Shown in pieces: positions 15,093 through 28,108 of a stretch of DNA of 64,000 nucleotides; position 1 is the first letter of the stretch; the number at the start of each line of letters is the position of its first letter. Below the pieces are notes generated by a model. It was given only the letters and a program-made list of their open reading frames with translations. It did not search any database and had not been told where the DNA came from. The stretch covers positions 6,324,001-6,388,000 of the forward strand of contig OZ024755.1 of the NCBI GenBank assembly GCA_964016885.1, written 5' to 3'. The DNA is from Eledone cirrhosa (Eukaryota). The translations under genes were made by a program, and so were the position numbers.

Positions 15093-16752
15093 GTCGTGTT
15101 CAGTTGACTGGATATATTCAACATTCTCATCAATTCGTTTGCTCTACTATTTCTATCTACCGAGCTGTGTCACTGTAGTTATCAATCGTGTCGCTTAGCT
15201 AGAATATATATGTAGTAATAGATACTAAGTGAACAACATAAGGCTGTCAATTTACCACTCTGTATTTCACGTCTTATATAATCTATATTATACCCATTGG
15301 TATGCCTGTTCCTTGAAGATAGAAATTAAAACAATATATATAAAATAAATGAAGAATACATAGATATATAAGCGTAGGACGTAGCAGCTTTCAAATATTC
15401 TCTATGGTAGAGTTATTTCTGTTATTTGACGTATATTATGGTGAGTACAGCAGCACTGAACGGCCAATTCAAACATGTATTTCGTTAATATGCTCGAGGA
15501 AAATATGCACCACAGTATCAGCTATTATGTTTTGCCCATAAAAGAAACAGACACATCATTACTTCATTTGAGTTATGCGAGTGAGTAGGCCGGACTTATA
15601 CTATTTAGTTTCCATAATTTACATATACATTGTCGGTAATTACTTGATAAATGTGGAGATTAAATAACAGGCTACACAGTTCATATGTAAAAGGTTCGTT
15701 TCCTCTATTATCAAACAATTAGAGGCAACATATCAAGGATAATTTACTCGTGCAACCCTTTTGGTACTGAGACAAATAAAAACGAAGCCAGCATTTAACT
15801 GCAATTTTATGAGAGATCTGAAATAGTATAAGTAACAGCATTATCTTATTTCACATTGACAGAGTTAAACAAACGTAAGCCTGTAGAAAATAATTCAATT
15901 TCTCGCTAAGTGTCATGTTCATTGATAGAGCTGTCAAGGAAAAGATTGAATTGTTGAGTTTCAATTTCTAGATATCCATGATAAAGAAAGAAAAGAGTTA
16001 ATCAAGTAGATTAAAAAATCATGTGTTAATTCAACCATGTGAGAGACTGTACTTACTTCGGTTTACACCTTATAGGCTTACCACCCTCCTCTATTATGTC
16101 ACCATTTGAATCCACATTCCTAGAAGTTTATTTAGATGATTTACAATTGGTTCCAGGTTTAATCAAGTTACATTTTATTCTAATCGTGGGAATTAGAATA
16201 TAATATAATTTGATAAAACCAGAAAAATGTAACTTGATAAACCGGAAAAATTAACTAAACAGCAGGAGATATGACAAGATGGATTAGATCCAGTCTTTGT
16301 ACTAAGATATTACAGATGAGAGAGCTAGGGGCAGCCCTAGCTAGGAGAATCCAGAGTAGGAGTTTATTAAATCTGGAGAGATTAAATTGAGTCAATAAAT
16401 TTAAGGCTCTAACGTTTCTACATTTGTATTTTTGCACATGAGCTCACTATATCCAGTATTTCCATGTCCTCCGAGAACTATTGTTAGGTTAAACAATGGT
16501 AAGGTTAGCAGATAGTGGATTTTCTTTTAACCTACCCTTAAACATACCTGTTGCCAAGGCACTTACATTTTCCCTGGCCCAATTTCATCAAGTGGGTAAC
16601 ATGAGGGTACAAGGATCGCCATTTGTTATAACCTAGATTGATGTTTATTAGTAAATTTCTTTGTTCTTGAATGTAATGACTGTAAACACGAATTCAATTC
16701 GCTCACCAATTTGGGGGTGTTTCTCAATACCCAGCAGGCATTATTACGTCAT

Positions 16753-16868
16753 TGAGTTCAAATCCCGCCGAGGTTAACTTTGCCTTTCATCCTTATGGGG
16801 TCGATAAAATAAAGTACCAGTAATGCACTGGGTAATTGTGGCCTTGTGCCAAATGTAGAAACAATTAT
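16753..16868 (+). mobile_element. SINE family A, 5'-truncated
   Basis: Runs from the B-box to the tail, with attattacgt duplicated on both sides as a probable TSD. Confidence 0.9.
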
Positions 16869-17944
16869 TACGTACCATAGAAATGTGGTTTTTGTAGAGC
16901 AGAACAGGTAAGACATTGGATAAAATTCTTTGTTGTACTTGGTCTAGCTCTTTACGTTCTAAATTTAATTTCTTCTGGTGTCAAGAAAAGTACCAGTAAA
17001 GAATGGGTGACGCTTTAAGAGACATTCCACGCCATATACAAATTTTTCCGAAATTAGAAGACAATATTATGAGCCATAGTAACCGCATGTTCTCCATGTT
17101 CCCATATCTGTCACATTAAAGTATAAATGTCTTTGTTATTAAGCGATATCTGTCTTGAGTTTAATAAATCCTAGAAAGTCAAAACGGATTTCATCTTGAG
17201 CTATCAAATATTTCGTTATCGTTAGTGTTAATCTTAGTATCGGTTATTAAATAAGAGGCAAAGAGTAATGTGAAATGTCATAACAGAATAGAATGTCCAA
17301 GCATCATCGTTTTCTATTGAAAGTTTTACGTTCAAATATTTCAAATCGGATTTATTTTAAAGAAATGACATTCTTTGAAAGATTTCTCGTAGCTTACGTC
17401 CAATCAGTTCAAAGCAGTAATGGTGAATTCCGACGAAAGAAATTCATTCTAATAAGATAAAGAAATTGCCTCGGTGTATCAACATCTAAGTAATTATATA
17501 CAAATACTATTGTTATATTACTTACGGCATAGGTTAAACGGTACAATATCCATTAGTTAAACCAACCATAATGTGTACAAAATCAAGTGCTAGTAAAACT
17601 GTATAAGATATCACGCTAGAAGACTTCATTGTCTTTGATACTGCTTCGTTTGTTTCTGAATAATTAAACTAACGTTCTCTTTTCCTATTAGTTCTAATGA
17701 GATTGTCATATATATTTAGCTATTTTTTCATACTTAAAATGTGTCTCAATAATTGAGATTTGCAATTTGCTTTTTCTAAAATTCCTAATTTTTATGTGAC
17801 TAATGAGTTTACAAAACAAGAGCCCTTGTCATTTTGAATACGATCTGCCGAAATTGCTTTAGCTTATATCCAAGAAGGTAAATACTGATACCATGTATTC
17901 GGCTTCTGGAACACTGAAACCGATGAAGTCTTGTATTGCAATTA

Positions 17945-18072
17945 TGACTGACAGAGTGTATGGGTTAAAATATGTTATATCAAATTATTAAATAGCAAGT
18001 TGTGTCTTCGATTTCTAGCAAAGCACTGTGTCCTTGAGCATGGCATTTTATTTCACGTCACTCCAGTCTGCT
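17945..18072 (+). mobile_element. SINE family B, degenerate
   Basis: gtgtccttgagcatggcattttatttcacgtcactccagtc matches the family B block. Confidence 0.6.
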
Positions 18073-18103
18073 GGATGAAACTAGTTTTATCTATGATTTA
18101 AAG

Positions 18104-18412
18104 CACTGATTCTCAACGTGGTCCAGGTGGACCACCGGTGGTCTACATAGCATTTCTAGTGGTCCACAGAGAATTCGTAGCCATAAAAAAATTGTAGCCA
18201 TTTCACAAAAATGTAACTAATATAATATTTTGTTTAATTACACACATGTCCATTATATTTGAACATTTCGAGTTCTCAGCTCTGATACTATGGGCATGTG
18301 GTTTGAATGTCTCTAGCAGTTCTATTACAAAAGATTTAAAAGTTTAGGTGGTCCACAGGAAAAAATTACTTATTTTGGTGGTCCACAGCGAAAAAAACGT
18401 TGAGAACCCCTG
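18104..18412. mobile_element. hAT-superfamily MITE (Charlie/Buster-like)
   Basis: TIRs cactgattctcaacg / cgttgagaacccctg, exact 8-bp TSD ATTTAAAG (18096-18103 and 18413-18420) with central TA, and subterminal gtggtccac repeats. Confidence 0.88.
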
Positions 18413-18877
18413 ATTTAAAGTACTAGCCTTGTCACATAACGTTTCACGCTGAATAACCACAAGAAAAACGTTGAGGCTACACGTGTCTGTGGAATGTTCA
18501 GATATGTATAAGTCAATTTTACGAGCAGCCCGTTCTACAGATAGAAACCAGCTGAGCTCAAACAATATTCTTTAGCTTATAATTTGTATGCATAATGCGT
18601 CACTGAGTAAGAAATACGGTGGTGATATTCTACTAAATATCTTATTTAGAATGTGAAATTATAATTCCACTGAACGGTCCACTTACCAAACATTTGGCAA
18701 GAGCAGGGAAATATATTCTTTGCAGAGGAGGTCTAATTAAACCGAAAAACATCCGGAGTTGACCCTTTGCACTTGCCGAAATAATTAAAATACTATTATA
18801 CATTGAGCTTATAATACTCACCACTCCTCTTAATATTAGTATTGCTCCCACCGTGACTGTCTAGCTGACACCATTAA

Positions 18878-19061
18878 GTGGATTGGCAGTATCGGTAGAG
18901 GGTCGGAAGCCATGCTTTCTAGCATAGTTACGTCCCTTTACAGTCTGAGTTCAAATCCCGCCGAGCTTAACTTGCCTTTCATCCTTACGGAGTCGATAAA
19001 ATAAAGTACCAGTAATGTACTGGATAATTGCTGGCCTTGTGCCTAAAGTAGAAACAATTAT
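18878..19061 (+). mobile_element. SINE family A, full length
   Basis: Near-identical to the copies at 33004 and 60384. Confidence 0.9.
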
Positions 19062-19319
19062 TCAATTTCCTTATAAAACACACACAGACGCGCGCGTGCG
19101 TGCGCTGCGTGATTACTCACTCATTGATACATAATATTCTATTTGGTGAAGATACTACAGGAGTTAATGAACGGCATTAAGTTTCGTGCCAAGCTAGTTG
19201 GCACGAAATTCTAAGCACTTGAAAATCTCCTTTAGTATTCCAAGTTGATAAAATATTATATAAACTCCACTTTAAGATCTCTGTAAACAAACGTACCGAT
19301 AATGTACACACACATATAG

Positions 19320-19351
<32 letters not shown>

Positions 19352-19529
19352 CCGTATGTAGGTGACGACTGTGAGAAAAGAGTACTCAATATCACAGTAG
19401 AGTTTAAATATTCATTCAACTAAGGGCAAATAGTAATTTCTGTTACTCTGGAGTTTCGCCAGCTTATCAGGCGATAAGCAGGCAAAGCTATAGATTACTA
19501 TGTCTCACTATTTAGCCTTAATAAATGAA

Positions 19530-19902
19530 TATAATATATATATATGTAAACATATATATATACACACCGTATATATATATATATATAAATACATATATGT
19601 AAACATATATATATAAATACATATATGTAAACATATATATATACACACCGTATATATATATATATATATAAATAAATACATATATGTAAACATATATATA
19701 TATACATATACACACCGTGTATATATATATATATATATATAAATAAATACATATATGTAAACATATATATATATACATATACACACCGTGTATATATATA
19801 TATATATATATAAATAAATACATATATGTAAACATATATATATATACATATACACACCGTGTATATATACATATATATATTATATTCATATATATATATA
19901 TA
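19530..19902. repeat. TA-derived higher-order minisatellite
   Basis: Repeated unit aaatacatatatgtaaac(at)n...acaccgt. Confidence 0.85.
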
Positions 19903-20329
19903 TCACTCGTAAATGGACCTCCTATATCTTTGAAAATTCTACATCCTAAGTTCTACGTTCCATTAAAATTATGTCATGCTGTTGAGTGAAGGCAATACCA
20001 AAGAGACCAGAATCAAGATAAATACGTTTACGATAATGATACAATTCAATAACATTTTACGTGGTAGGTCTCAATCCATTACAAAAGCAATTGTTTCTAG
20101 TTTCGTTCAGGGCATATATTTTACACTTCCATTTGTTCGACGTAAACGAAACATTTATTTCCAGTTTTCTTTCCTATCCTACGTTATTTTCTTTCGTCTA
20201 CCTCTGTATTCACATATCACTTTCCATATATATATATATATATATGACGATGTTGCAGATGTGCAACGAAAGATTTATGATAAACTATATATATGTGTTT
20301 GTGTCTATATTGTATCTGTATTATTTTTG

Positions 20330-20482
20330 ACCGTCGGTCAGTCAATGGCAAGATTGAGGACCGAGTAAGTTAGATTACCGATATAAAAGACAGCGAGAAG
20401 CGAAAACCAACCAAACAGTGAGTGTGTTCTGTTATTAATTCTGGCAATATTACACAAATATGACCCTCCCCAAGTATAACAA
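20330..20482 (+). mobile_element. (TA)n-embedded module family G
   Basis: agaagcgaaaaccaaccaaacagtg...tctggcaatatt...atatgaccctccccaagtataacaat recurs at 58268-58440 (+) and as a fragment at 46115-46138 (-). Confidence 0.8.
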
Positions 20483-20585
20483 TATATATATATATAAGCG
20501 ATGAAATGCCTATGATGGTTGGAAGATCACTGATGAAGGACAAACTTTTTCATATATATATATATGGAAAGTGATAGGTGAATAC

Positions 20586-20623
<38 letters not shown>

Positions 20624-20811
20624 CCATTGAGTGTATGTACATGTATTTAGATGTGTGTGTGTGAGATTGTGTGTTTATATAATGAAGATAGATTCACGAA
20701 CTTACATAAATGGACTGATATGTGTAGAGAAAATTTAATACGCAGATACATAAAATCACACAATATGATAATTTAACCATATATATGTGCATATAATATA
20801 TATATATATAT

Positions 20812-21075
20812 GTGTGTGTGAGTGAGTGTGTGAGTGTCAGTGTGTGAGTGTCAGTGTCAGTTTGTGAGAGTGTCAGTGTGTGAGTGTCAGTGTGTGAGTG
20901 TCAGTTTGTGAGTGTCTGTGAGTGTCAGTTTGTGAGTGTCTGTGAGTGTCAGTGTGTGAGTGCGTCAGTGTCAGCGTGAGTGTATCAGTGTGAGTGTCAG
21001 CGTGTGTGTCAGCGCGAGTGTCAGCGCGAGTGTCAGCGTGAGTGTCAGCGTGAGTGTCAGTGAATATGAGTGTGT
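20812..21075. repeat. (gtgtgagtgtca)-type minisatellite
   Basis: Direct inspection. Confidence 0.85.
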
Positions 21076-21174
21076 GTATGTATATAAATATGTATGGTTG
21101 TGTTGTATTAAGTGAAGTTATATAGATAAAAACATACTTGCTTACATACGAGAATTTGGAACACTCGTCGTCTA

Positions 21175-21296
21175 TGTAATCAACATATATATGTAATCAA
21201 CATATATATGTAATCAACATATATATGTAATCAACATATATATGTAATCAACATATATATGTAATCAACATATATATGTAATTAACATATATATGT
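21175..21296. repeat. 17-bp tandem repeat (atatatatgtaatcaac), ~7 copies
   Basis: Direct inspection. Confidence 0.9.
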
Positions 21297-21436
21297 AGAG
21301 CAAGACTTAAGCTGTCCTTTAATAAACCTAGAAATGACACGGCTAATTAGAACACTACAACGATAATCCATTAGTGAAACTATTGAATTGTGGAAAACAT
21401 TCCAGAAATTTAGCCTACAACATACATACATCCCTT

Positions 21437-21470
<34 letters not shown>

Positions 21471-21604
21471 CGATTTCACACATACATAGAGCGAATAGAC
21501 ATACAGTCATCCATGCATATAGCCATATAAACATGTATACGCACAAATCTAGATGTACACATGTTCATACGCGTGCAGATACAAACGTACATGGATACAT
21601 GTAT

Positions 21605-22220
21605 GCATATATATATACAAATATACTTGCATATATATATACAAATATACTTGCATATATATATACAAATATACTTGCATATATATATACAAATATACTT
21701 GCATATATATATACAAATATACTTGCATATATATATATACAAATATACTTGCATATATATATATACAAATATACTTGCATATATATATATACAAATATAC
21801 TTGCATATATATATATACAAATATACTTGCATATATATACAAATATACTTGCATATATATACAAATATACTTGCATATATACAAATATACTTGCATATAT
21901 ACAAATATACTTGCATATATACAAATATACTTGCATATATACAAATATACTTGCATATATACAAATATACTTGCATATATACAAATATACTTGCATATAT
22001 ACAAATATACTTGCATATATACAAATATACTTGCATACACACAAATATACTTGCATACACACAAATATACTTGCATATACACAAATATACTTGCATATAC
22101 ACAAATATACTTGCATATACACAAATATACTTGCATATACACAAATATACTTGCAAGTATACATATATACTTGCAAGTATACATATATACTTACAAGTAT
22201 ACATACATACTTGCATATAT
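21605..22220. repeat. ~20-bp minisatellite (acaaatatacttgc(at)n), ~28 copies
   Basis: Direct inspection. It is the source of the 211-291 aa spurious ORFs. Confidence 0.92.
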
Positions 22221-22559
22221 ACATATTCAAGTAAACATCCGTCCAATCCCAACCATTCTTCAAAATAGACACATACACACATAGATACACATACACACAC
22301 GCACATACACAAAAAGAAATAATTGCGGCAGTACAGATCTAGAGGAACCATGCTTTCACAGACCTATATCGGTCATGAGTAACTACAAAGTTCCAATTAT
22401 ACGCCATTTACATGGACTGTACAAATCTGTAATGTATTACAGAATTTTATACTGTAATAAATGTGTTTGTGTTTGAGTTTAACCTCAGTCAATTCCAACA
22501 GTAAATATTCTTATTGTTTGAATAACAGAGCGGCCCGCTCATGACATTAACGTGTGAGT

Positions 22560-22720
22560 GCCTGAGTATACCACAGAACTGTAATTCAGGAGGAGATACT
22601 GCATGAAACAGTGCGACAAGATAGCTCATTCGAATTACAGGTACAAATCACATTCTCAACTGTGAATCGAACCCTTTGACTGAAAGTCCAGCATCTTAAA
22701 CCACTTTGCCACACAGCTTA
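22560..22720 (-). mobile_element. SINE family B-related, diverged
   Basis: Reverse tRNA-like head (aatcgaacc...aaccactttgccacac..c), head-to-head with the copy at 22741. Confidence 0.5.
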
Positions 22721-22740
22721 CACTCAGGCACACGTACAAA

Positions 22741-23012
22741 GTGAAGGCGCATGGCTTAGTGGTTAGAGAATTAGGCTTGCAATCGAAAGGTTGTGGGTTC
22801 AATTCTAGGACCGGGTGATGTTTTGCTTACTTGAGCAAGACACTTTATTTCACGTTGCTCCAGTCCATTGTGAAGGCGTATGGCTTAGTGGTTAGAGCAT
22901 TGGGCTTGTAATCGAAAGGTTGTGATTTCAATTCTCGGACCGGGTGATGTGTTGTTTCCTTGAGCAAGACATTTTATTTCACGTTGCTCCAGTTTACTCA
23001 GCTGTAGAAATG
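22741..23012 (+). mobile_element. tRNA-derived SINE family B, tandem dimer
   Basis: Two units (about 22741-22868 and 22870-23012), each with A-box tggcttagtgg, B-box-like gttcaattc/tttcaattc, and block cttgagcaagacactttatttcacgttgctccagt. Confidence 0.85.
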
Positions 23013-23828
23013 AGATGATAGGACTGGGGTCCCTATCATTAAATCACCCAAGACACCAACGAGATATACCTTGGAGGAGGCCAGCTAAACCTGCATAAGT
23101 ATGAGCTGTCTCACACACACACACGCACATTTATTTTTTCATATACTTGATCGTTTGTATCGGAGGTTTTAAAGGTTTTTATGCCCTTTTGCCAAGAATT
23201 CGATTTCATGCATATCTTTCAACTGTTGTCATGTTTTCGTTACGACATACATATCAACATCTATGTTCTTAACAGGTTCTATATTGTTAGGTGATAGTAT
23301 GAATATCGATGTTGGAAATGTCACTAGATTAAGAATCAACAGTGATGGGTTTGTCGTTTGGAACTAGATACTAAAAAATAAAAACATGCTGAAGGGTGGA
23401 ACTCAACTGCTCATTTTATATGAATGTCGTAACAGAAATATGACACCAGTAGAAACATATAACAAAGTTGAATTCTTGGTAAAAGAACAGCTTTTAATTC
23501 CTTTGATACATATGATCATGGTATCTGTGAAAATGAATATCTACAAGACATTCTTACGGTGTAAAGTGTGATTCGTAGTACATACGATAACTGTAGGTAC
23601 AAAAGACCTTTCATTATAACCTTAGTTCTGCCGAGGTGGCAGATCTAAATAAACAAATAAATAATTAAGCAAACATACCTACATATACACACAAGTATAT
23701 CTAATTGTGAAATCGGTACAATATAATGTGTTGAGTTCTTTATTGAATAATCAACCTAGTTATGTAATACTATCAGCCCCATCATAAACAGGTGGATACC
23801 AGTATATATATATATATATATATATATA

Positions 23829-24033
23829 GACCTGTTATTTTTATCTAAAGACATTTTTCCAATTCCAACCCGCCCATCCCTCAATCTATTATTATTGATC
23901 ATTGTTTCTTATGATAAAAGACTAGCGTCCGAAACGTTAATACCCTCTTGCTGCTATATCAAGCATTAACCTAATATATCCCTTCCATATACTGTACCGA
24001 TTGTGTTGTTATTTCTGTTTACCTTTTACATAC
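23829..24033 (+). mobile_element. (TA)n-embedded module with a degenerate hammerhead core
   Basis: Recurs at 47466-47633 (-) and 46031-46068 (+). The combined copies give CTGATGAa-ggac-aagc-gtcc-GAAACGTT. Confidence 0.75.
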
Positions 24034-24039
24034 ACACAC

Positions 24040-24082
<43 letters not shown>

Positions 24083-24210
24083 CAGGTTAGCTTTGCTTTT
24101 CAGCCTCACATGGTCGATAAAATAAAGTACAAGTAACACACTGGAGTCAAATTAATCGAATTTCCACTCCCAAAATTTGTTGGCCTTGTGCCAAACATAG
24201 AAACAATTAT
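24083..24210 (+). mobile_element. SINE family A 3' part, long older subfamily
   Basis: Core and tail with an extra ttaatcga...cccaaaatt segment. Confidence 0.75.
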
Positions 24211-25391
24211 TCAGACAAATTCATATGTAACTATATTATCTACTTTTGTCAATGGCAGGTCAGGCATTGAGAGATACATAACTTCTATTTTGTGCAGCAG
24301 TTCGATAATTAAATGCATTCTACTGGTGACTGCCCCTCATGTGTGTATGTATACTTATATCTTCAGTCTATATTTGAGATAGTAGGCTATGGTTTGCTGG
24401 AGATTTGCTTGCTACTGCTTCCATATAATCGAGCTGCCATGGATATTTGTTGTATATATTGCTGTACATGCAAGAAGAATTAAGTTGTCAACGGCTTCAC
24501 GGTAAATTGAAATAGGTAAGAGAGTCAAAATAAATAAATTCTAAAAACGGCTTTCTCGATAAAAACTAATAAATGAGGTGCTAAATATCGATTATTTTTT
24601 TATATCTCTTTATTTTCGATCTAAAAAGATACGTGTATATCTGCACTTAAAATAAGCGAATGAAGGCATTAAAAAATGAAAACAATGCGAACACTTACAC
24701 ACACACAAACACAAACGCAGGCTAATATAAAAATAAATTAATATAAAGCACACGTTGATAAAAAAAAAAGTAGAAAAGGAAATAAAAAAAGATTTGAATC
24801 ATAAGGAAATGGACCAACCAAGTAGCTTTCAGGATCGAAGAATTAATATATTCTTTGAAACATCAGAAGAGATCACATAGCTTTCTCAAAGCGTTGGTAC
24901 TTACCTGGAATAGAAAGATAAGACATCCTTAGAAATATAAGCGGCTTCCAAAAATAAATATTTCACAGTTTCAGGTTTATCAGAGAGGAAAATGAATAAA
25001 TATATATATATATATATATATATAGAAAGGTGTGACACTAAAGTTATGTTGTTTTAGGAGAATGAAATAACTTATTGTTCAGAAGAAATCGAATCCTGGT
25101 AGAAAAGTGTTACTATTTCTGGTCTATTGCACTTCCACAGGTTTCAATAAATGCACAGAAACCACATATTTCGAAGGAAGGTGCAGTCAATGATATCGAC
25201 AGATATATCGATATATTATTTTATCAATTCGTTGCCAACGCCACACTCCATTTCCTGTCTTTTGAAAACAGATTCTAACGTTGAAATATCAAGAACAAAA
25301 AACTGAAATATGTAAACTGGTGTTTTATATTTTTATGTTTCATACTTTACATTGGCTTTTCACCCATGTACTTCTATTTTACCTATTTCCG

Positions 25392-25454
<63 letters not shown>

Positions 25455-25522
25455 TTCTCGAGTTGTTTCATTCGGATGATAAAGAATTTTTCAACTGTGA
25501 ACATGTCTCGATCCCCGCCCAT

Positions 25523-25565
<43 letters not shown>

Positions 25566-25684
25566 GAGAGAGAGAGACTGTTCAACATGGTAATACAGGC
25601 GAAACTATAAAGTAATAGGACTTTATAAATGTTTTCACTATTTACTCATGGGTTCTCATTCTCTCCACTCTCAATATTAAACGG

Positions 25685-25752
<68 letters not shown>

Positions 25753-26706
25753 GTATGTATATATATATATAGTAAGAAGGTTAATGAAAGAATGCAAGTA
25801 TGTGAGAGGTAGAACATATGAATGAATGGAATAATGTTTTATTGGCCAATTTGTTGGAAACATCAGAAATCTAAAGAATATACATCTAGAAAGAAAGACG
25901 TCATGGATGCCATGAACGAATCACACGCAGAGGAATTAAAATACGAATCATTTTTAATTAATTTATCTTTTGGCAATATGGTGAATATTGTCTTTGATTT
26001 TTCATTTTTTTTTTTATGTTTTGTGATAATTGGATAATATTTTTGTGTCATCTTCACTTATCTTTAGGCAAAATACACTAAAGTACTCGTTATGAAAATA
26101 TAACAACAACAACAACATCATAAACAAATCATGATTACTACGTTAAAGAAAGTGAAACATTAAATTTTAATTAAGGCACAAGGTCAGAACAATTAGGGGA
26201 AATACCAATGTTGATTAAAATAACCCAGTGCTTGGTTGATACTTTATTTATCGACCCCAAAGTGATGCAAGACATTTACCTTACTGCGATTTGACCTAAG
26301 AATGCAAAGAGCCAGAACAATACCCTATGACCTTTTATCCGATTCCCGGTTAATTCTGCCAATACACCCTTTAGAAATTGAAATATTAGAATCATATACG
26401 TAAGGAACCAATAATATATATGGGAGCTACGTCATGTGAAGTGTTAGGTTTGCCATTCATACTTAAGAGGGGGGGGTCGAGAAAATAAAGTACCAGTACC
26501 AAATCGATTAAAATAAAGTAAAGTACCAGATCGATTTAATTGACTTTCCCATCACCCAAATTGTTGGCTCGGACCTCGATGAGAAACCATTGATATCTTA
26601 AATTTAGTATTGAGTACTGCCGATGCTGACATATGGAAAGCTATATTCTTATATGAAAATACTCACACACTTTTATGTGTGTGTATATATATACACACAT
26701 ACACAC

Positions 26707-26740
<34 letters not shown>

Positions 26741-27303
26741 GCGCATGTGTATGTATGTGTGAGTGACAAATATATATATATATATATATATATGTATGAG
26801 TGTACACACATTTCTGTGTGTATATGCATGTGTATGTGTGTGTGTGTGTATGTGCGTGTATATGTATATAGATGGACAGATAAGAACTCTAGACAAAGAT
26901 TCAACGATTCAGCAACATCTTGTAATGAATAGCAAAACAGGAATTCTATTTTCGAAAATTTGTAATAGATTACTCAAAGATCCTCGCCAGATTTAAAACG
27001 AGTTAATATCATTTTAGATTCAAATACACGGGAAACACGTATTAAATATCAATAAAAATGATATAAATAATTCGCTATTAGGAAAAGGCTGTTATCAGTA
27101 ATATGAAAGTTGTTTGTGCCTGTGTGTCCGCAAGTGAATCATAATGATACATATACATATATATATGCTTATACACTCATATATAACCGGCCATATATAT
27201 ATAGTTCTGAACTGGTAATAGGAAAAGTGTTAGGACCTCGACGGCTGAGCTCCGGCCGTTTCGACAGCTATTTCTGAACTATATATATATATATATACGT
27301 TAT

Positions 27304-27480
27304 TCCGGGTTGAATCGGAGGTAACCACAGTAAGTAAGGTACTCAATATATTGCAGAGTATAAAAGTTTTAATATAGATGAGGTTCTACAGGACTATAAC
27401 TGTTTCATTCTTTAGAAATCATCGATTTCTAAAGAATGAAACAGTTCTAGTCCTGTAGAATCTCATCTATATTAAAACTT
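27304..27480. mobile_element. (TA)n-embedded module family F with ~57-bp-arm palindrome
   Basis: ccgggttgaatcggaggtaaccacagtaagtaaggtactcaa recurs at 52298 and 61420-61466 (-). The palindrome is centred near 27422. Confidence 0.82.
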
Positions 27481-27496
27481 ATATATATATATATAT

Positions 27497-27683
27497 AATT
27501 GTTTCTACTGTTTGGCACAAGGCCAGCAATTACCCAGTACATTAGTGGTACTTTATTTAATCGACTTCGTAAGGATGAAAGGCAAAGTTAACCTCAACGA
27601 TTTGAACTGAGATCCTAAAGGGAGATAACTATGCTAGAAAGCATGGCGTCTGACCCTCTACCGATACTGCCAATTCACCACCC
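27497..27683 (-). mobile_element. SINE family A, full length
   Basis: Reverse complement of the family A consensus. Confidence 0.88.
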
Positions 27684-27730
<47 letters not shown>

Positions 27731-27841
27731 ATATATATATATATATATAATACATCACCATATATATATAATGTTTAAGGTGTAAATCAAACAATCACAA
27801 AGTTGTAGTTTTGATTCATGGCGTAGAATATGACTTGTGTA

Positions 27842-28108
27842 CTGAAGGAACTATGGGCATGTGGTTAGAATGTCGAAGGAAAGAATTGCTGGCCAGATTC
27901 TACCGGTAAAACCAACCGACAGAAGACCCAGGAGTAGACACCGAGCAAGATAGTTGGATAACATCGAAGAGCTTGGCTGGTATCGTTTGGGGATCCAACT
28001 GAATCAGTTGGAGACGGTTGCTTCTTACAGCAGAACCCACTAAAATGAGTGTTTGAGGCCCCTACGACCTTTTCATGATTAAGTGGACGAAGAAAAAGAA
28101 GAGAAGAA
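27842..28108 (+). pseudogene. RTE-clade LINE reverse transcriptase C-terminal remnant with GAA-rich tail
   Basis: Translates as LRNYGHVVRMSKERIAGQILPVKPTDRRPRSRHRAR*LDNIEELGWYRLGIQLNQLETVA, matching the RTE ORF end (W.GHV.RM...RPRGRP..RW.D). It contains stop codons and is followed by (GAA)-like repeats. Confidence 0.75.

Noticed and set aside
21374-22351. 211-291 aa ORFs in six frames; superficially CRISPR-like periodicity
   Set aside because: Minisatellite with no unique spacers, in a eukaryotic context.
22741-22815. tRNA-like sequence
   Set aside because: It has A/B boxes but no good cloverleaf, and it continues into a SINE body seen in other copies.
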